Assembly (NCBI GenBank): GCA_963836205.1
Contig: CAWIIV010000006.1
Location: 192,001-256,000, forward strand
Reading direction: 5' to 3'
Length of the DNA: 64,000 bases
Source: an uncultured Acidimicrobiia bacterium
GTDB lineage: Bacteria > Actinomycetota > Acidimicrobiia > Acidimicrobiales > AC-14
Shown here: piece by piece, positions 28,373-39,117 of the stretch
Position numbering within the stretch: position 1 is the first letter of the stretch
How the letters are laid out: every line of letters begins with the position of its first letter
Program-made: the position numbers and the translations under genes
Notes under the pieces: generated by a model
Told to the model about the DNA's origin: nothing
Seen by the model: only the letters and a program-made list of their open reading frames with translations
Databases searched by the model: none

Positions 28373-29494
28373 TCAGTCGCCGGTGACCACCACGCCCAGC
28401 ATGGCGGCGGCCTGGCTGATCCCGTGGCCGGCAGCGGCGGCCTCGTCGACGGCGGCGATGGCCCGGGGGAAGTCGAGGTCGTCGTCGATCGCCTCGCGCA
28501 CCGCGTCGAGGGCGTCGTCGCCCGTGCCTGTCGCCCGCCACCGGGCCAGGCGTTCGGTGGCGGCCGGGAGCAGGCCGTCGTGCCACGACCACGGCGCCCG
28601 GTAGGAGTGGTCGAGGATGGCCAGTCGCACCGCCATCGGGTCCCACTCCCTGACCAGCTCGCTCACGAACACCAGGTTGCCCAGCGACTTCGACATCTTG
28701 ACCCCGTCGAGCTCCACCATCGGGGCGTGCAACCACCGGCGGACGAACCGTTCGCCGATGGCGGCCTCCGACTGGGCCGCCTCGCACTCGTGGTGGGGGT
28801 AGATGAGGTCGCTGCCCCCGCCGTGGAGGTCGATGCTCGTGCCCAGCTCCCGCAGGGCCAGGGCCGAGCACTCGATGTGCCAGCCGGGCCGTCCCGGTCC
28901 CCACTGCGACGGCCACGAGGGCTCGTCCGGCGCCGACGGCTGCCAGAGGACGAAGTCGAGGGGGTCTCGCTTCACCGGATCGTCGACGTTCCCGCCCCGC
29001 TCGGCCGACAGCTTCAGCATCTCGTCCCGGTCGAGGTGGCTGACCTGGCCGAAGCGGTCGAACGAGGCCACGTCGAAGTAGACCGCCCCGCCCGCCGGGT
29101 AGGCGTGGCCCCGGTCGAGAACCATGCCGATGAAGCCGAGGATGTCGTGGATGGCGGAGGTGGCCCGAGGCTCGCTGAAGGCGGGCAGCATGCCCAGGGC
29201 CTTCATGTCGGCGTCGAACCTGGCCACCTCCCGGGCGGCCAGGGCGAGGTAGTCGATCCCCAGCTCGCGGGCCTTGCGCAGCAGGTCGTCGTCGACGTCG
29301 GTGACGTTGCGCACGCACAGGGTGCGGTGGCCGATGTCGCGCAGGCGGCGCTGGAGGACGTCGTAGAGCAGGTAGGTGGCGGCGTGGCCGACGTGGGTGG
29401 CGTCGTACGGCGTGATCCCGCACGTGTACATGGTGACGACCGGGCCGGGCGAGAAGTCCACCACCTCCCGGCGAGCGGTGTCGTAGAACCGCAC
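28373..29494 (-). CDS. mshC: L-cysteine:GlcN-Ins ligase (CysRS-like)
   Basis: MYTCGITPYDATHVGH, GRPGWHIECS, KMSKSLGN; no anticodon-binding domain. Confidence 0.82.
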   Translation of the reverse strand: MRFYDTARREVVDFSPGPVVTMYTCGITPYDATHVGHAATYLLYDVLQRRLRDIGHRTLCVRNVTDVDDDLLRKARELGIDYLALAAREVARFDADMKALGMLPAFSEPRATSAIHDILGFIGMVLDRGHAYPAGGAVYFDVASFDRFGQVSHLDRDEMLKLSAERGGNVDDPVKRDPLDFVLWQPSAPDEPSWPSQWGPGRPGWHIECSALALRELGTSIDLHGGGSDLIYPHHECEAAQSEAAIGERFVRRWLHAPMVELDGVKMSKSLGNLVFVSELVREWDPMAVRLAILDHSYRAPWSWHDGLLPAATERLARWRATGTGDDALDAVREAIDDDLDFPRAIAAVDEAAAAGHGISQAAAMLGVVVTGD

Positions 29495-29498
29495 CGGC

Positions 29499-30152
29499 CT
29501 AGGCCTGATGTATCGGGTCGATGCCGGTGAGGCGGAGGCTGGCCTTGCGGAAGCGGACGAGCACGGCGGTGAAGGCCTCCACCGTCCCCGCCATGGCCAG
29601 CGAGCCGGCCGACAGGGGGCGCAGGCCGGGGATGGCCCGCACCAGGGCCGACGTCGCCTCCAGGGCCTCGGGGTGCTCGGTGCAGATGAGGACGTCGCCC
29701 TCCATCACGTGGTCGAGGTGGCCCAGCTCCTTGGCCGGGACGTGCTGGAAGGCGGCCGCCACCAGGGCGTCGGGCGCCGCCGCCTGCACCGCGGCGGCCA
29801 CCGATCCCGCCGGCAGGTGCACCGGCAGCAGCTCCCGGCCCACCTTGGCCAGGGCGTTGCCCATGGAGACGACGACCTTGCCCCCGAGGGCGTCGACCAC
29901 CGAGGCCACCGTGGGCTCGGCCGCCTCCCACTGCGTGGCCACGACCACCAGGGACGACTTGGCCGCCCCCTCGTTGGTGGACGGCTCCAGGCTCAGGGTG
30001 TACCCCGGCCACCGGGTGCGCAGCTCGTCGCAGACGGCCGCCGCCTTGTCGTGCGACCGGGAGCCGACGACCACGTCGTACCCCACCGCGGCCAGGCGGA
30101 CGGCGAGTGCCCGCCCGGCGGGGCCCGTGCCCCCGAGGATTCCGACGTCCAT
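29499..30152 (-). CDS. npdG: NADPH-dependent F420 reductase
   Basis: GILGGTGPAG, VVGSRS, AAFQHVPA, VEAFTAVL. Confidence 0.82.
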   Translation of the reverse strand: MDVGILGGTGPAGRALAVRLAAVGYDVVVGSRSHDKAAAVCDELRTRWPGYTLSLEPSTNEGAAKSSLVVVATQWEAAEPTVASVVDALGGKVVVSMGNALAKVGRELLPVHLPAGSVAAAVQAAAPDALVAAAFQHVPAKELGHLDHVMEGDVLICTEHPEALEATSALVRAIPGLRPLSAGSLAMAGTVEAFTAVLVRFRKASLRLTGIDPIHQA

Positions 30153-30267
30153 CCCGCCAGACTGGCACGAACCGGCGGTCGTGTCGCAACCCGGACCCGC
30201 CTGACCCTCCGGGGGACCTGGTGGGCGCGCAGTTCGCCGATCGATCATCGATGGGTACAACAGGGCC

Positions 30268-32364
30268 GTGGAACCCACCTTCCGGCTGCTGCGCCTGCGT
30301 GGCATCCCGGTGGGTGCCCACTGGACGTGGCCGGTCGCCTTCACCGTCGTGGCCTGGACCCTCGCCCGGTCGGTCTTCCCCTCCGCCTACCCCGGGGTCG
30401 GCGACGGTGGCCACCTGGCCATGGCCGTGGCCGCGACCGGCCTGCTCTTCCTGTCGGTCGTGCTCCACGAGCTGGCCCACGCCGTCACCGCCCGCCGGGA
30501 GGGCATGCCGGTGCACGGGATCACCCTGTGGCTGCTGGGCGGCGTGTCCGACGTGGGTGGCCGGCCCCGCTCGCCGGGCCAGGAGCTCCGGGTGGCCGCC
30601 TCCGGTCCGGTGGTGTCGCTGGTGCTGGCCGCGGCGCTGGCCTGGATGGCGGCGGCGGCCGAGGGCCGGGGTTGGCCCGAGTCGGTCCACGGCGTGCTCG
30701 AGTACGTGGCCCGCCTCAACGTGGTGGTGGCCGCCTTCAACCTCATCCCCGCCCTCCCCCTCGACGGTGGCCGCATCCTGCGGGCGTGGCTCTGGCGTCG
30801 CCAGCGCGACCTGCTGGCCGCCACCCGGTCGGGGGCCCGGGCGGGACAGGCCTTCGGCCTCACGCTCGTGGTCGTCGGCGTCCTCGACCTGGGGGCCGGC
30901 GCCGGCCTGGTGGGGCTGTGGCTGGTGGTGCTGGGCGCCTTCCTGCTGCGGGCGGCGTCGTCGGAGCTGGCCGACGCCCGCACCCGCCATCGCCTCGACG
31001 GCCTCACCGCGGCCGACGTGATGGCGTCCGACCCCGGCGTCGTGCTCAACGACACCCCGGTGGCCCGGCTGGTGGCCCACCCGCCGGCGCCCGAGCGCAC
31101 CGGCTACCCGGTCCTGGGCGGGGGACGCCTCCAGGGGGTGGTGCTGCTGGCCCACGCCCGGCAGGTGCCGGCGGGCGAAGCCGCCGAACGCCGGGTGGAG
31201 GACGTGATGACGCCCCTCGACGACGTCCCCATCGTCGACGCCCACCTGCCCGTGGTCGACGTCGTCGAACGGCTCAACGGGACGAACCGCACCGGGCAGG
31301 TGGTCGTGGTCGACGACGGCTGCGTCGTCGGCATCCTCGACGAGGACGACGTGGCCGGTGCCCTCGACCGAGCCCCGGCGGCGGCAGGCGGGCGGGGGCG
31401 CGGGCGCGCCGCCGGCCCCTGGGCCTGGGCCGTGGTGGCGATCGTGTGCCTCCTGGCCGGGGGCGCCCTCTATCGGCCCCCCTACGCGGTCGTCTCCGCC
31501 AGCGCCCCGGTCGACGTGACCGGCGACGTGTCGATCACCGGCGTCGCCGTCACGCCGGTAAACGGCCGGTACATCGTCCCCCGCGTCGAGTACCGGCGCA
31601 CCAACGGCCTGGCCACCCTCGTGGCGGCCGTCCGCGACCGGCACCGGGTCGTCCCCGTCGGCCAGGCGGACGACGACGAGGCCGTCGACGCCCCCGGTCT
31701 GTCCCGGGAGGCCCGGATCCTGGCCGCGGTGGCCGCCGCCCTCTCCCAGGGGCTGCCGGCGACGGTCACCGGCACCGGCGTCCGGGTCGTGGCCGTGCGG
31801 GCGGGCTCACCGGCGGCGGGCGCCCTCCACCCGGGCGACGTGATCCTGGCCGTCGACGGGCGCCCCGTCAGCCAGGCCGCGCTGGTGGCCGAGCTCGTCC
31901 GGGCCGGGCCCCCGGGGACAGCCGTCACCCTGTCCGTCGAACGGGCCGACAGGGTGGAGCACGTCGCGGTCACCACCGGCATCCAGGGGATTGGGATCAC
32001 GCTCGAGACGCGCGACCTGGCCGTGGAGCTGCCCTTCGAGGTGCGGTTCTCGGGGGGCGTGGGCGGCGGACCGGACGCGGGGCTGGCCTACGCTCTGGCC
32101 ATCGCCGACCTCCTCTCCCCCCGCGACCTGGCCCAGGGCCGAACCATCGCCGCCACCGGCTCCGTCGACGCCGACGGCCACGTCGCCCCGGGGAACGGGA
32201 CCGGTCCGGACGCTACGGGGCTGGCCGAGGCCGCCGCCCGCGCCGGCGCCGCCCGCCTGGTCGTGCCGGAGGGGCAGGCCGGCGGCGCCCGCGGGGACGG
32301 GCCGGCGATGGAGGGGGTGGAGAGCCTGGCCCGGGCCCTGGAGGCCCTGTCGACCACGGTGTGA
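30268..32364 (+). CDS. Site-2 protease (M50)-CBS-PDZ-Lon-like fusion protein
   Basis: HELAH, FNLIPALPLDGG, CBS pair, TM, PDZ (GSPAAGALHPGDVILAVDG), GGPDAGL...IAATG. Confidence 0.82.
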   Translation: MEPTFRLLRLRGIPVGAHWTWPVAFTVVAWTLARSVFPSAYPGVGDGGHLAMAVAATGLLFLSVVLHELAHAVTARREGMPVHGITLWLLGGVSDVGGRPRSPGQELRVAASGPVVSLVLAAALAWMAAAAEGRGWPESVHGVLEYVARLNVVVAAFNLIPALPLDGGRILRAWLWRRQRDLLAATRSGARAGQAFGLTLVVVGVLDLGAGAGLVGLWLVVLGAFLLRAASSELADARTRHRLDGLTAADVMASDPGVVLNDTPVARLVAHPPAPERTGYPVLGGGRLQGVVLLAHARQVPAGEAAERRVEDVMTPLDDVPIVDAHLPVVDVVERLNGTNRTGQVVVVDDGCVVGILDEDDVAGALDRAPAAAGGRGRGRAAGPWAWAVVAIVCLLAGGALYRPPYAVVSASAPVDVTGDVSITGVAVTPVNGRYIVPRVEYRRTNGLATLVAAVRDRHRVVPVGQADDDEAVDAPGLSREARILAAVAAALSQGLPATVTGTGVRVVAVRAGSPAAGALHPGDVILAVDGRPVSQAALVAELVRAGPPGTAVTLSVERADRVEHVAVTTGIQGIGITLETRDLAVELPFEVRFSGGVGGGPDAGLAYALAIADLLSPRDLAQGRTIAATGSVDADGHVAPGNGTGPDATGLAEAAARAGAARLVVPEGQAGGARGDGPAMEGVESLARALEALSTTV

Positions 32365-33797
32365 CGTTCGGCCACGGCGTGGCCAGTGGCGATCCCCTGC
32401 CCGACTCGGTGGTGCTGTGGACCCGCTCCCCGGGTGCGACCGAGGTCGAGTGGGTCGTCGCCCCCGACCCCGAGTTCCGCCAGGTCGTCGCCGCGGGCAC
32501 CGCCACCACCGGCCCCGACGCCGATCACACGGTGAAGGTCGACGCCGGCGGGCTGGAGCCGGCGACCACCTACTGGTACCGGTTCTCGGCCGGCGGTGAG
32601 ATGTCGCCCACCGGCCGCACCCGCACCGCGCCCGCACCGGGCGCCGCCGTCGACAGCCTCCGCCTGGGCCTGGTCTCGTGCGCGTCCTACGCCGCGGGCT
32701 GGTTCCACGCCTACCGCAACCTGGCCCGGCGCGACCTCGACCTCGTCGTTCACGTGGGCGACTACCTCTACGAGAACGGCCGCCACTCGGGCGGCGGCCC
32801 CCGCCGTCACCCGCCGGGCCGGGCCGTCACCCTCGACGGCTACCGCACCCGCCACGCCCTCTACAAGACCGACCCCGACCTCCAGGCACTCCACGCCCGC
32901 CACCCGATGGCGGCCGTGTGGGACGACCACGAGCTGGCCGGGGGGGCGTGGTCGGGCGGCGCCGGCGAGCACAACCCCCGCCGCCACGGTGCGTGGGCGA
33001 CCCGCCTGGCGGCGGCCATCCGGGCCTACTGGGAGTGGATGCCCCTCCGGCAGCCCGACCCGGCCGTCCCCGACCGGATCTACCGCACGCTGCGGTGGGG
33101 CGACCTGGCCGACCTGGCCCTGCTCGACGCCCGCCTCATCGGGCGGGACGAGCCCGTCGGCCGGGGCAAGGGCGTGGTCGTCACCGTGTCCGACACCGGT
33201 CGCTCCATCCTGGGAGCCGCCCAGCGGGACTGGCTGGCGGCGGAGATGGCGTCGTCGACGGCCCGGTGGCGGCTGCTCGGCAACCAGGTGGTGCTGGCCC
33301 CGATCCCCCTGCTGGCCGGGCGCCTGCTCAACCCGGGCCAGTGGGACGGCTTCCCCGAGGAACGGGCGTGGCTCTACGGGGTGCTGGCCGCGGCCCGCGG
33401 CGACCGGGACGGCCATGGGCTCCCGGGCGGCAACGTCGCCGTCCTCAGCGGCGACATCCACTCGTCGTGGGCCAACGACCTTCCCGTCGGCGCCGAGTTC
33501 GTGTGCCCCTCGGTGTCGTCGCCCAGCTTCTCCGCCATCCTCGTCCCCGGGGGGCGGCTGGGCGCGGCCGCGGGCGCCCGCCTGTTCCGGTGGCAGAACC
33601 CCCGCGTCCGCATGGTCGAGCTCACCCGACACGGGTACGTGGTGGTCGACGTGACGCGGGAGCGGATACAGGGCGACTGGTGGCACCTCGACACGGTGAC
33701 CGCCCCGTCGCCGGCCGAGTCCTTCGCCGGCGGCTGGCAGCTGCACTGGGACCGGCCCGGGCTGGTGCCCGTCGACACCCCGGTGGGGCCCCGGTAG
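32361..33797 (+). CDS. phoD: Alkaline phosphatase D
   Basis: FGHGVASGDP, HVGDYLYE, WDDHE, WDGF, LSGDIH. Confidence 0.92.
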   Translation: MTFGHGVASGDPLPDSVVLWTRSPGATEVEWVVAPDPEFRQVVAAGTATTGPDADHTVKVDAGGLEPATTYWYRFSAGGEMSPTGRTRTAPAPGAAVDSLRLGLVSCASYAAGWFHAYRNLARRDLDLVVHVGDYLYENGRHSGGGPRRHPPGRAVTLDGYRTRHALYKTDPDLQALHARHPMAAVWDDHELAGGAWSGGAGEHNPRRHGAWATRLAAAIRAYWEWMPLRQPDPAVPDRIYRTLRWGDLADLALLDARLIGRDEPVGRGKGVVVTVSDTGRSILGAAQRDWLAAEMASSTARWRLLGNQVVLAPIPLLAGRLLNPGQWDGFPEERAWLYGVLAAARGDRDGHGLPGGNVAVLSGDIHSSWANDLPVGAEFVCPSVSSPSFSAILVPGGRLGAAAGARLFRWQNPRVRMVELTRHGYVVVDVTRERIQGDWWHLDTVTAPSPAESFAGGWQLHWDRPGLVPVDTPVGPR

Positions 33798-33799
33798 AG

Positions 33800-34999
33800 C
33801 TAACCGGCGGAGGCGAGGAGCTTGCCCAGGCGGGTGAGGCCCTCCTCCAGGGCGTCGTCGCCCAGGGCGTACGACAGGCGGGCGTAGCCGGGGGCGCCGA
33901 ACGCCTCCCCGGGGACGATTGCCACCTTGGCCACGTCGAGCACCACACCGGCCAGCTCCAGCGTGGAGTCGACCCGCCGGCCGCCGATCTCCTTGCCCAG
34001 GACGCCGGCGAAGGACGGGAAGGCGTAGAACGCCCCCTGCGGCTCCAGGACGGTCACGCCGGCCATGGCCGAGAGCATCTCGAACATCTTCCGCCGCCGG
34101 CGGTCGAAGGCCTCCCGCATGGCGGCCATGGGACCCATGTCGCCGGTGAGGGCGGCCACCGCCGCCATCTGGGACACGTTGGCCACGTTGGACGTGGCGT
34201 GGGACTGGAGGTTGACCGCGCCCGCGATCACGTCCTTGGGGCCGATCATCCACCCCACCCGCCAGCCGGTCATGGCGAACGTCTTGGCCACCCCGTTGAT
34301 CACCACGCTGCGGTCGGCCAGCTCCGGCACCACCGCGGGCATGGAGGAGAACGTGTTGTCGCCGTAGACGAGGTGCTCGTAGATCTCGTCGGTGACCACC
34401 CACAGGCCCTTCTCCGCCGCCCACCGGCCCAGCTCGGCGGTCTGCTCAGGCGTGTAGACGGCGCCGGTGGGGTTCGACGGCGACACGAACAGCAACACCT
34501 TGGTGCGCTCGGTGGTGACCGCCTCCAGGGCCTCGACGGTGGCCCGGAACCCGGTGGTCTCGTCGGTGGGCACCACCACCGGCACGCCCCCGGCCAGGCG
34601 GATGGCCTCGGGGTAGGTCACCCAGTAGGGCGCGGGCATGAGGACCTCGTCGCCCGGGTCGAGGAGGGCGGCGAAGGTGTTGTAGACCGCCTGCTTGGCC
34701 CCGTTGGTGATCAGGACCTGGGCCGCGGTGGTGGGGTACCCCGAGTCGCGGGTGGTCTTGGCCGCCACCGCCTCCCGCAGCTCGGGCAGGCCCGCGGCGG
34801 GCGTGTAGCGGTGGTTGCGGGGCACCCGGCAGGCGGCCATGGCCGCCTCCACGATGTGGTCGGGCGTGGGAAAGTCGGGCTCACCGGCCCCGAAGCCGAT
34901 GACGTCCTCGCCGGCCGCCTTGAGGGCCTTGGCCTTGGCGTCGACGGCCAGGGTGGCGGATTCTTCGATGGATGCAATACGGGCGGATACACGGGCCAT
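33800..34999 (-). CDS. aspC: Aspartate aminotransferase (class I PLP)
   Basis: [27 protein letters not shown]. Confidence 0.9.
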   Translation of the reverse strand: MARVSARIASIEESATLAVDAKAKALKAAGEDVIGFGAGEPDFPTPDHIVEAAMAACRVPRNHRYTPAAGLPELREAVAAKTTRDSGYPTTAAQVLITNGAKQAVYNTFAALLDPGDEVLMPAPYWVTYPEAIRLAGGVPVVVPTDETTGFRATVEALEAVTTERTKVLLFVSPSNPTGAVYTPEQTAELGRWAAEKGLWVVTDEIYEHLVYGDNTFSSMPAVVPELADRSVVINGVAKTFAMTGWRVGWMIGPKDVIAGAVNLQSHATSNVANVSQMAAVAALTGDMGPMAAMREAFDRRRRKMFEMLSAMAGVTVLEPQGAFYAFPSFAGVLGKEIGGRRVDSTLELAGVVLDVAKVAIVPGEAFGAPGYARLSYALGDDALEEGLTRLGKLLASAG

Positions 35000-35018
35000 G
35001 TCTGTAAGAGTTGCACAG

Positions 35019-36158
35019 GTGATCGCACCCCCCGTTCCGGATATCCGCCTGCCCCCCGATCTGCGCCCCTCCGACGGGCGTTTCGGCAGCGGGCCGTCGA
35101 AGGTCCGCCCGGCAGCCGTGGAGGCCCTGGCCGCCGCCGCGTCCGGCTATCTCGGCACCAGCCACCGGGCCAAGACCGTCCGCACGATGGTGGGGCGGCT
35201 CCGATCCGGGCTCTCCGACCTCTTCCGCCTTCCCGACGGCTACGAGGTGGCGCTGGGCAACGGCGGGGCGGCCTTGTTCTGGGACATGGCCACCTTCGGC
35301 CTGATCGAGCGGCGCAGCCAGCACCTCACGTTCGGGCAGTTCTCGGCCTCGTTCGCGGCCGCGGCCAGGGCGGCCCCCTTCCTCGACGACCCCGACGTGA
35401 TCGAGTCGGCGCCCGGCACCCACCCGCTCCCCCAGCCCAACCCGGCCGTCGACGCCTACGCCCTCACCCACAACGAGACGTCGACCGGGGTGGCCATGCC
35501 CGTGGTCCGGCCCGCCGGCGACGGGCTCGTCCTGGTCGACGCCACGTCGGCCGCGGGCGGGATGCGGGTCGACCCGGCCGAGTTCGACGCCTACTACTTC
35601 GCCCCCCAGAAGTGCTTCGCCGCCGACGGGGGCCTGTGGCTGGCCCTGCTCTCCCCGGCCGCGGTCGAGCGGGTGGAGCGAGTGAGGGCCGGGGGCCGGT
35701 GGACTCCCGCCCTCCTCGACCTGGGCCTGGCCCTCGAGAACTCCCGCCTCGACCAGACCTACAACACACCCGGGCTGGCCACCATCTTTCTCATGGCCGA
35801 GCAGGTGGAGTGGATGCTCGCCGGCGGGGGACTCGATTGGGCCGCGGCCCGTTCGGAGTCCTCGGCCGCGGTTCTGTACAACTGGGCGGACGAGTCCTAC
35901 TACGCCAGCCCGTTCGTGGCCGACCCCGCCCAGCGCAGCCCGGTGGTGGGCACCGTCGACCTCGACGCCTCGGTCGACGCCAACCTGGTCTCCGCCGTCC
36001 TGCGGGCCAACGGCGTCGTCGACACCGAGTCCTACCGCCGCCTGGGTCGCAACCAGCTCCGCATCGCCATGTACCCGGCGGTGGAGGCGTCCGACGTCGC
36101 CATCCTCACCCGGGCGGTCGACCACGTGGTGGGCGAACTGCTCACACACTCCTCATAG
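35019..36158 (+). CDS. serC: Phosphoserine aminotransferase (actinobacterial type)
   Basis: [39 protein letters not shown]. Confidence 0.92.
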   Translation: MIAPPVPDIRLPPDLRPSDGRFGSGPSKVRPAAVEALAAAASGYLGTSHRAKTVRTMVGRLRSGLSDLFRLPDGYEVALGNGGAALFWDMATFGLIERRSQHLTFGQFSASFAAAARAAPFLDDPDVIESAPGTHPLPQPNPAVDAYALTHNETSTGVAMPVVRPAGDGLVLVDATSAAGGMRVDPAEFDAYYFAPQKCFAADGGLWLALLSPAAVERVERVRAGGRWTPALLDLGLALENSRLDQTYNTPGLATIFLMAEQVEWMLAGGGLDWAAARSESSAAVLYNWADESYYASPFVADPAQRSPVVGTVDLDASVDANLVSAVLRANGVVDTESYRRLGRNQLRIAMYPAVEASDVAILTRAVDHVVGELLTHSS

Positions 36159-36200
36159 TCCGGTGGTCGGCCGATCACGCCGGGCGCCGACAGTGGGGGC

Positions 36201-36680
36201 ATGCGAATGAGACGAATCCTCGGAGTGGCAGTCGGAGCGGTGGTCGTGGTGGCCGGCGCGGGCACGGTGGCCTGGGCCGGGCCGGGGCGGGGCGATCCCG
36301 TCCTACGGGAGGCGGCCAAGGCGTGCGTGGCGGAGGCGAAGGCGGCCAACCCCGACGCCGACCGGGCCACCATCCGGCAGGCGGCCACGCCGTGCCTGGA
36401 GGCGGCCGGGATCGACGTGCGCGACCTCACGCCCGAGCAGGAGGCCCGCCGCCAGGCCCTGCGGGAGTGCGTCAAGGCGGCCCGTGACGGCAATCCCGAC
36501 GCCGAGCGTCCCGCGCTGCGGGAGGCGGTCAGGGCCTGCCTGGGCGAGGCCGGCATCGAACCGGGCGCCGCCCGCGAGCGCCTGCGCCGGTGCCTGGCCG
36601 ATGCCCGGGCCGCCAACCCCGACGCCGACCGCCCCGCCCTCCGCCCGATGGTGCGGGAATGCATGGCCCAGGGCGGGTAG
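36201..36680 (+). CDS. Secreted protein with three Cys-paired helical repeats
   Basis: Signal peptide; three units of C..ANPDAxR..C. Confidence 0.75.
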   Translation: MRMRRILGVAVGAVVVVAGAGTVAWAGPGRGDPVLREAAKACVAEAKAANPDADRATIRQAATPCLEAAGIDVRDLTPEQEARRQALRECVKAARDGNPDAERPALREAVRACLGEAGIEPGAARERLRRCLADARAANPDADRPALRPMVRECMAQGG

Positions 36681-36722
36681 CGGGTCCTTCAGTTTGGTCG
36701 CCGTTCCGCCGATGACGGAACG

Positions 36723-37244
36723 GTGGAACTCCACCCGGCCACCGACCTGGCCGCTCTCTACCGGGAGTTGCAGCCGGGTCTGTTGCGGTACCTGCGGGCG
36801 GTGGCGCCGGCGACGGCCGAGGACCTGGCCGCCGACGTGTGGGTGGAGGTGGCCGCCGCCGCCCACCGCTTCCAGGGTGACCAGGCCGCCTTCCGGGGTT
36901 GGCTCTACACCATCGCCCGCCGGCGGGTGATCGACGGCCAGCGCCGGGCCGGGCGCCGCCGCACCGACCCCGTCGCCTGCGACCGGCTGGCCGGCTACTC
37001 CGGCTGCGACCGGCCCGAGGACCTCGTCGTCGACCGGGCCAACACCGAGGCCGCCATCGCCTACGTCGTCGCCATCCTGTCGCCCGACCAGGCCGAGGTC
37101 GTCCTCCTGCGGGTGGTCGGGGGCATGCGGGTGTCCCAGGTGGCCGAACTGCTGGGCAAGCGCCCAGGCACCGTCCGTGTCCTCCAGCACCGCGGCCTGC
37201 GCCGCCTGGCCGACCACGGCGCCCGGGAGTCGATGACGGCCTGA
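36723..37244 (+). CDS. ECF sigma factor
   Basis: AEDLAADVW, FRGWLYTIARRRVID, region-4 HTH VAELLGKRPGTVR. Confidence 0.88.
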   Translation: MELHPATDLAALYRELQPGLLRYLRAVAPATAEDLAADVWVEVAAAAHRFQGDQAAFRGWLYTIARRRVIDGQRRAGRRRTDPVACDRLAGYSGCDRPEDLVVDRANTEAAIAYVVAILSPDQAEVVLLRVVGGMRVSQVAELLGKRPGTVRVLQHRGLRRLADHGARESMTA

Positions 37245-37412
37245 GCCGGCGAGGCGGGGCCGAGGCCGTAACGCCCGCCGCCCCTCGCACGATTGCCCTC
37301 GTAGACCCGGCGCCGCCGGCTCGCTCGACGGCCACGCCGTCGGCCCGTCCTGCGCAGCCAGGTCTACCCGGGGGGGCCGCAGGCCTGTCCCCAGGAACGC
37401 TGCCGGGGAGGA

Positions 37413-38438
37413 TCAGCCTCCGGACACGTCCTGGGGACGGGCCTTGCCGGCGGAGATCCACGGCATCATGCTGCGCAGCTCGGCCCCGACCTTCTCGATG
37501 GGGTGCTCCTTGCCCTTGGCCCGCAGCTCGTTGAACTTGGGCCGGCCGGCCTTGTTCTCCGCGATCCACTCCGCCGCGAAGCGCCCGTCCTGGATCTCGT
37601 CGAGGATGCGGCGCATCTCGGCCCGCACTTCCTGGTTGATGATCCGGGGCCCGCGGGTGAGGTCGCCGTACTCGGCCGTGTCGGAGATGGAGAAGCGCAT
37701 GCCGGCGATGCCCTGCTCGTACATGAGGTCGACGATGAGCTTGACCTCGTGGAGGCACTCGAAATAGGCCGATTCGGGCTGGTAGCCGGCGTCGACCAGC
37801 GTCTCGAACCCGGCCATGACCAGCTCGGTGAGGCCCCCGCACAGCACGACCTGCTCGCCGAAGAGGTCGGTCTCCGTCTCCTCCTCGAACGTGGTCTCCA
37901 GCACGCCCGCCCGGGTCGCCCCCAGGGCGTGGGCGTACGAAAGGGCCAGCGCCTTGGCCTTGCCCGACGCGTCCTGGGAGACGGCGATGAGCGACGGCGT
38001 CCCCCCGCCCGACTCGAACGTGCGCCGCACCAGGTGGCCGGGGCCCTTGGGCGCCACCATGGCCACGTCGATGCCCGGACCGGGGTTGATCAGCCCGAAG
38101 CGGATGTTGAGCCCGTGGGCGAAGAACAGGGCGTCGCCGTCGCCCAGGTTGGGGGCGATCTCCGACTCGTACACCGCCGCCTGCTCGGTGTCGGGGAGCA
38201 GGATCATGACCAGGTCGGCCTCGGACGCGGCCTGGGCGATGGTGGTGACCTTCAGCCCGGCCGCCTCCGCCTTGGCCCACGAGCCCGACCCCTCGCGCAG
38301 GCCGACGCGCACGTCGACCCCCGAGTCCATGAGGTTGAGGGCGTGGGCGTGGCCCTGGGACCCGTAGCCGATCACGGCCACCTTGCGACTGCCGATGAGG
38401 CCGGCGTCGGCATCCTTCTCGTAATAGACGTTGGCCAT
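37413..38438 (-). CDS. ilvC: Ketol-acid reductoisomerase
   Basis: [32 protein letters not shown]. Confidence 0.97.
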   Translation of the reverse strand: MANVYYEKDADAGLIGSRKVAVIGYGSQGHAHALNLMDSGVDVRVGLREGSGSWAKAEAAGLKVTTIAQAASEADLVMILLPDTEQAAVYESEIAPNLGDGDALFFAHGLNIRFGLINPGPGIDVAMVAPKGPGHLVRRTFESGGGTPSLIAVSQDASGKAKALALSYAHALGATRAGVLETTFEEETETDLFGEQVVLCGGLTELVMAGFETLVDAGYQPESAYFECLHEVKLIVDLMYEQGIAGMRFSISDTAEYGDLTRGPRIINQEVRAEMRRILDEIQDGRFAAEWIAENKAGRPKFNELRAKGKEHPIEKVGAELRSMMPWISAGKARPQDVSGG

Positions 38439-38486
38439 CGGAAGTCCTCCTGGGGTCGTTGGAAAAACGGTACCCGGCGGGCGGCT

Positions 38487-39015
38487 TCAGCCGGCGCGGC
38501 GCAAGCCGGGTGGGGTGGGGCTGGCGCTCCAGCCGGGGCAGTGCGACCCGCCCGGTGCGCTGGAGCTGGGTGATGCCGATGCCCCGCATGAGGTCCTCGA
38601 AGTCGTCGAGCTTCGAGGGCGGACCGGCCAGGACCACCGTGACGGCATCGGTGCCCACGTCGATGATGCGGCCCTCGAAGACCTGCACCAGCTCGATGAC
38701 CTGGCCCCGCCCCGCGCCCTCGGCCTTGACCGTGACCATCATCAGCTCCCGCTCCACCGCGTCGGCGGGGTCGAGCTCGCTGATCTTGACCACGTTGATG
38801 AGCTTGAAGAGCTGCTTGGTGATCTGCTCGAGGGGGGTGGACTCCACGTCGACCACGATCGTGATGCGGCTGAAGCGCTCGTCGTCGGTGGGGGCCACGG
38901 CCAGCGAATAGATGTTGAACCCCCGCCGGGCGAACAGGCCGGCGACGCGGGCGAGCACACCGGCCTTGTTCTCCACCAGCACGGTGAGGATGTGGTGTTT
39001 CGACGTCGAGCTCAT
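38487..39015 (-). CDS. ilvN: Acetolactate synthase small subunit (probable 1-nt error near 38515)
   Basis: LTVLVENKAGVLARVAGLFARRGFNI, QRTGRVAL. The TGA at 38487 is reached if one C-run base is removed. Confidence 0.93.
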
Positions 39016-39117
39016 CGGCGGGGCCCTTTCGGTTCATGCGCTCGTAGCGGGGTGAACTCGCCCGAAAATGCCCATGGCACCCCGCCCCGGATGCGGCAAA
39101 CCGGCAACGAGTCCATG

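Noticed and set aside
28373-29494. Cysteine--tRNA ligase (cysS)
   Set aside because: Too short, lacks the anticodon domain, and has the MshC-type CGITPYDATH motif.
29508-36487. Very long overlapping ORFs (1429 aa, 1269 aa and similar elsewhere)
   Set aside because: Shadow frames typical of high-GC DNA, Arg/Gly/Pro-rich with no motifs. Only the phoD portion is real.
36529-39015. 828-aa IlvN fusion ORF
   Set aside because: Read-through from a 1-nt homopolymer error; it overlaps ilvC out of frame.
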